From: Pasteurella multocida
Lineage (GTDB): Bacteria; Pseudomonadota; Gammaproteobacteria; Enterobacterales; Pasteurellaceae
NCBI RefSeq assembly: GCF_900187275.1
Contig: NZ_LT906458.1
Location: 30,001-62,000, forward strand
Reading direction: 5' to 3'
Length of the DNA: 32,000 bases
Within the stretch, counting starts at the first letter, position 1. Each line of letters opens with the position of its first letter. Of this stretch, positions 29,109-32,000 are shown in pieces. Below the pieces are notes generated by a model. It worked only from the letters and a program-made list of their open reading frames with translations. It did not search any database and was not told the DNA's origin. A program made the position numbers and the translations under genes.

Positions 29109-30455
29109 ATGTTAGAGAAAGTGGTTATTGCCAATCGTGGTGAAATTGCGCTACGTATTTTGCGTGCTTGCAAAGAATTAGGCATAAAAACTGTTGCGGT
29201 GCATTCCACAGCAGACCGTGAATTGAAACATGTTTTACTTGCAGATGAAACTGTTTGTATTGGTCCTGCGCCTTCAACGAAAAGTTATCTTAATATTCCG
29301 GCTATCATTGCAGCGGCTGAAGTAACAGGTGCGGATGCTATCCACCCTGGTTATGGTTTTTTATCTGAAAATGCAGATTTTGCGGAGCAAGTTGAACGTT
29401 CTGGATTTATTTTTATTGGTCCCACTGCAGACGTGATCCGTTTAATGGGTGACAAAGTTTCTGCGATTGAAGCAATGAAGAAATCAGGTGTACCTTGTGT
29501 ACCGGGCTCTGATGGTCCTGTGGGTAGCGATATGGCAAAAAATAAAGAAATCGCCAAACGTATTGGTTACCCTGTGATTATTAAAGCTTCAGGCGGCGGT
29601 GGTGGTCGTGGTATGCGTGTAGTGCGTGATGAGGCCTCTTTAGAAGAATCTATCGCGATGACCAAAGCAGAAGCAAAAGCGGCTTTTAATAACGATATGG
29701 TGTATATGGAAAAATACCTAGAAAATCCACGTCATATTGAAATTCAAGTCTTAGCCGATACCCATGGTAATGCCATTTATTTAGCGGAGCGTGATTGCTC
29801 AATGCAACGTCGCCATCAAAAAGTGGTAGAAGAAGCCCCAGCACCGGGTATTTCCGATGAAGTTCGTCGTGATATTGGTGAACGTTGTGCCAAAGCATGC
29901 GTAGAAATTGGTTATCGTGGGGCAGGTACGTTTGAGTTCTTGTATGAAAATGGGGAGTTCTATTTCATTGAGATGAATACCCGTATTCAAGTAGAACATC
30001 CAGTCACAGAAATGATCACGGGTGTGGACTTGGTGAAAGAACAATTGCGTATCGCAGCCGGATTGCCGATCTCCATTAAGCAAGAAGATGTGAAAGTGCG
30101 TGGTCATGCGATTGAATGCCGTATTAATGCAGAAGATCCTAAATCCTTCTTGCCTTCACCGGGTAAGGTGGATCATTTACACTCTCCGGGTGGATTAGGT
30201 GTGCGTTGGGATTCACATGTTTATGCGGGTTATACCGTCCCACCACATTATGATTCAATGATTGCAAAATTGATTACTTATGGTGATACTCGTGAAGTCG
30301 CGATTCGTCGTATGCAAAATGCACTGGGTGAAACGATTTTAACCGGTATTAAAACCAATATTCCTCTGCACGAATTGATTCTGGCAGATGAAAATTTTCA
30401 ACAGGGTGGCACGAATATCCATTACCTAGAGAAAAAACTTGGCATGCGTGACTAA
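29109..30455 (+). CDS. accC: Biotin carboxylase subunit of acetyl-CoA carboxylase
   Basis: A 448-aa [36 protein letters not shown]...[10 protein letters not shown]...[14 protein letters not shown] is the canonical AccC pattern. Confidence 0.98.
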   Translation: MLEKVVIANRGEIALRILRACKELGIKTVAVHSTADRELKHVLLADETVCIGPAPSTKSYLNIPAIIAAAEVTGADAIHPGYGFLSENADFAEQVERSGFIFIGPTADVIRLMGDKVSAIEAMKKSGVPCVPGSDGPVGSDMAKNKEIAKRIGYPVIIKASGGGGGRGMRVVRDEASLEESIAMTKAEAKAAFNNDMVYMEKYLENPRHIEIQVLADTHGNAIYLAERDCSMQRRHQKVVEEAPAPGISDEVRRDIGERCAKACVEIGYRGAGTFEFLYENGEFYFIEMNTRIQVEHPVTEMITGVDLVKEQLRIAAGLPISIKQEDVKVRGHAIECRINAEDPKSFLPSPGKVDHLHSPGGLGVRWDSHVYAGYTVPPHYDSMIAKLITYGDTREVAIRRMQNALGETILTGIKTNIPLHELILADENFQQGGTNIHYLEKKLGMRD

Positions 30456-30484
30456 TTAAAATCTGTCACTTAACGAAGGAACGA

Positions 30485-30508
30485 GAAAAGTGGATTTATC
30501 CACTTTTC
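30485..30508 (+). terminator. Hairpin after accC (weak terminator or attenuator before yhdT-panF)
   Basis: A 10-bp stem GAAAAGTGGA / TCCACTTTTC has loop TTTA. Only a short TT follows it. Confidence 0.4.
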
Positions 30509-30537
30509 TTATATCAGTTTTACAAGGAATTTATAAA

Positions 30538-30789
30538 ATGAATCTTAATTCCCGCTATAAGCAAGCAACAAAAGAAGCGCTATGGGCGTTTGGGTTAACC
30601 ATTTTATATATGGTTGGTTGGTGTGTTTTTGCCTATGGATTACCAAATACAAAAGGATTTTTTGACTTCCCACTCTGGTTTGAATTTTCCTGCTTTTATT
30701 TGCCAATCCTCTTCACAGCTATCATTTATATTTGTATTAAATTTGTCTTTTGTGATATCGATTTAGAGGACAATGAAAATGAACTATAG
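30538..30789 (+). CDS. yhdT: YhdT-family small membrane protein (DUF997), PanF-associated
   Basis: MNLNSRYKQATKEALWAFGLTILYMVGW...FPLWFEFSC...DIDLEDNENEL is collinear with remembered E. coli YhdT (QAHKEARWALGLTLLYLAVW...FPRWFEMAC...DIPLEDDDAA). SD AAGGAA precedes ATG 30538. Confidence 0.85.
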   Translation: MNLNSRYKQATKEALWAFGLTILYMVGWCVFAYGLPNTKGFFDFPLWFEFSCFYLPILFTAIIYICIKFVFCDIDLEDNENEL

Positions 30790-32000
30790 CATTCTTATTC
30801 CTTTATTCCTGTATTTATGCTTTGTGTTTGCAGTGGCTTATTATGCCTATGCTAAACGACAAAAGGGGAGCTTTTTAAGTGAATATTATGTTGGAAATCG
30901 CTCTATGTCTGGTTTTGTATTGGCGATGACGACGGCTGCAACTTATGTAGGGGCGAGTTCATTTATTGGTGGACCGGGTGCCGCGTATAAATTTGGTTTA
31001 GGCTGGGTTTTATTGGCGATGATTCAAGTCCCCGTGGTGCTTTTTACCCTTGGTGTATTGGGGAAAAAATTTGCCATGTGGGCAAGAGAACATAAAAGTT
31101 TAACCATTAATGACATTTTATTTTCTCGCTATAAAAGCCCAACCATTGTGTTGTTAGCCAGTTTATCCTTGTTATTTTCCTTCTTTATTATGATGGCAGT
31201 ACAATTCATTGGTGTTGGACGTTTATTAGAAACCACATTGAATATTGACTACCGTCTTTCTGTACTAATTTTTGCCACAACTGTGGGAATCTATACTTTC
31301 ATTGGTGGCTTTAGAGCGGTAGTATTAACGGACACGATTCAAGGTCTCATCATGATGATCGGTACGTTCCTACTGTTATTTGGTGTGATTTATGCTGGTG
31401 GCGGAGTCAGTCAAATCATAGATACATTAGAAACGATTGATCCACGTTTGATTACGCCTTATGGCATTGAAGCAAGACCGCTTGATTTTACTTTTATGGC
31501 GTCTTTCTGGGTGTTGGTGTGTTTTGGATTGTTAGGGCTTCCACATACGGTTATCCGCGCGATGTCATATAAAAACAGTAAAGCATTACATAGTGGAATT
31601 GTGATTGGTACTGTGGTGATTGCCTTATTAATGTTAGGGATGCATTTAGCTGGCGCACTAGGACGAGCGGTGGTACCAGAATTATCAGTTACGGATAAAA
31701 TTATTCCAACTTTGATGATTCAAGTGCTTCCGCCTGTGGTTGCTGGGATTTTCTTAGCGGCGCCGATGGCAGCCATTATGTCATCTATTGACTCGATGCT
31801 TATTCAAGCGTCTTCGACGTTAATTAAAGATTTATATCTACGTTTTAAACCTGAGCAAATTCGTAATGAGCGACGGGTCAAAATTTTATCGACAGTCGCT
31901 ACATTATTCATGACGGTTTTAGTCACTGTCGCGACATTAAATCCGCCTGATATGCTGATTTGGTTAAACTTATTTGCCTTAGGGGGATTAGAAACAACGT
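30779..32000 (+). CDS. panF: Sodium/pantothenate symporter, N-terminal about 407 aa (continues past window end)
   Basis: MNYSILIPLFLYL...YYVGNRSMSGFVLAMTTAATYVGASSFIGGPGAAYKFGLGWVLLAMIQ...IFLAAPMAAIMSSIDS...WLNLFALGGLE is collinear with E. coli PanF. It overlaps the yhdT stop by 11 nt. ATG 30773 is an alternative start. It is missing from the ORF track because there is no stop in the window. Confidence 0.93.
   Translation, partial: MNYSILIPLFLYLCFVFAVAYYAYAKRQKGSFLSEYYVGNRSMSGFVLAMTTAATYVGASSFIGGPGAAYKFGLGWVLLAMIQVPVVLFTLGVLGKKFAMWAREHKSLTINDILFSRYKSPTIVLLASLSLLFSFFIMMAVQFIGVGRLLETTLNIDYRLSVLIFATTVGIYTFIGGFRAVVLTDTIQGLIMMIGTFLLLFGVIYAGGGVSQIIDTLETIDPRLITPYGIEARPLDFTFMASFWVLVCFGLLGLPHTVIRAMSYKNSKALHSGIVIGTVVIALLMLGMHLAGALGRAVVPELSVTDKIIPTLMIQVLPPVVAGIFLAAPMAAIMSSIDSMLIQASSTLIKDLYLRFKPEQIRNERRVKILSTVATLFMTVLVTVATLNPPDMLIWLNLFALGGLETT

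Overview
This is a chromosomal segment from a Pasteurellaceae genome of the Haemophilus/Aggregatibacter/Pasteurella type. The assignment rests on 18 exact copies of the Hin-type uptake signal sequence core AAGTGCGGT, four of them arranged as two inverted pairs that form terminators. The window is almost entirely conserved housekeeping genes in blocks syntenic with E. coli. In order: argC<>argE with tandem ARG boxes; a DXD glycosyltransferase; four identical tRNA-Val(UAC) genes divergent from gltX; tRNA-Ala(GGC); pnp-nlpI-deaD; a minus-strand modA/B/C-like ABC transporter plus modD; groES-groEL behind a textbook sigma32 promoter; fxsA; an AbgT-family transporter divergent from aspA; glyQ...glyS; a DUF2254-like membrane protein; menB-menC; aroQ-accB-accC; yhdT-panF (runs off the 3' end). 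I see no CRISPR array, transposase, integrase, phage genes or recognisable defence, toxin or secretion system, so I do not claim a clear novel system. The leads most worth a second look are: (1) a tightly packed three-gene cassette (monothiol glutaredoxin-like protein, YibF-like GST, AT-rich orphan membrane protein) wedged between glyQ and glyS; (2) an untracked 57-aa membrane mini-protein whose stop overlaps the menC start; (3) a terminator-like hairpin plus a perfect 16-bp palindrome in an unusually long accB-accC spacer; (4) the mod-like operon, with a minimal ATPase, a NadC-fold ModD and a ModE-type operator; (5) an AT-rich glycosyltransferase directly downstream of the tRNA-Val array. All protein calls come from reading the translations against remembered family motifs and E. 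coli/H. influenzae sequences. No database search was run.
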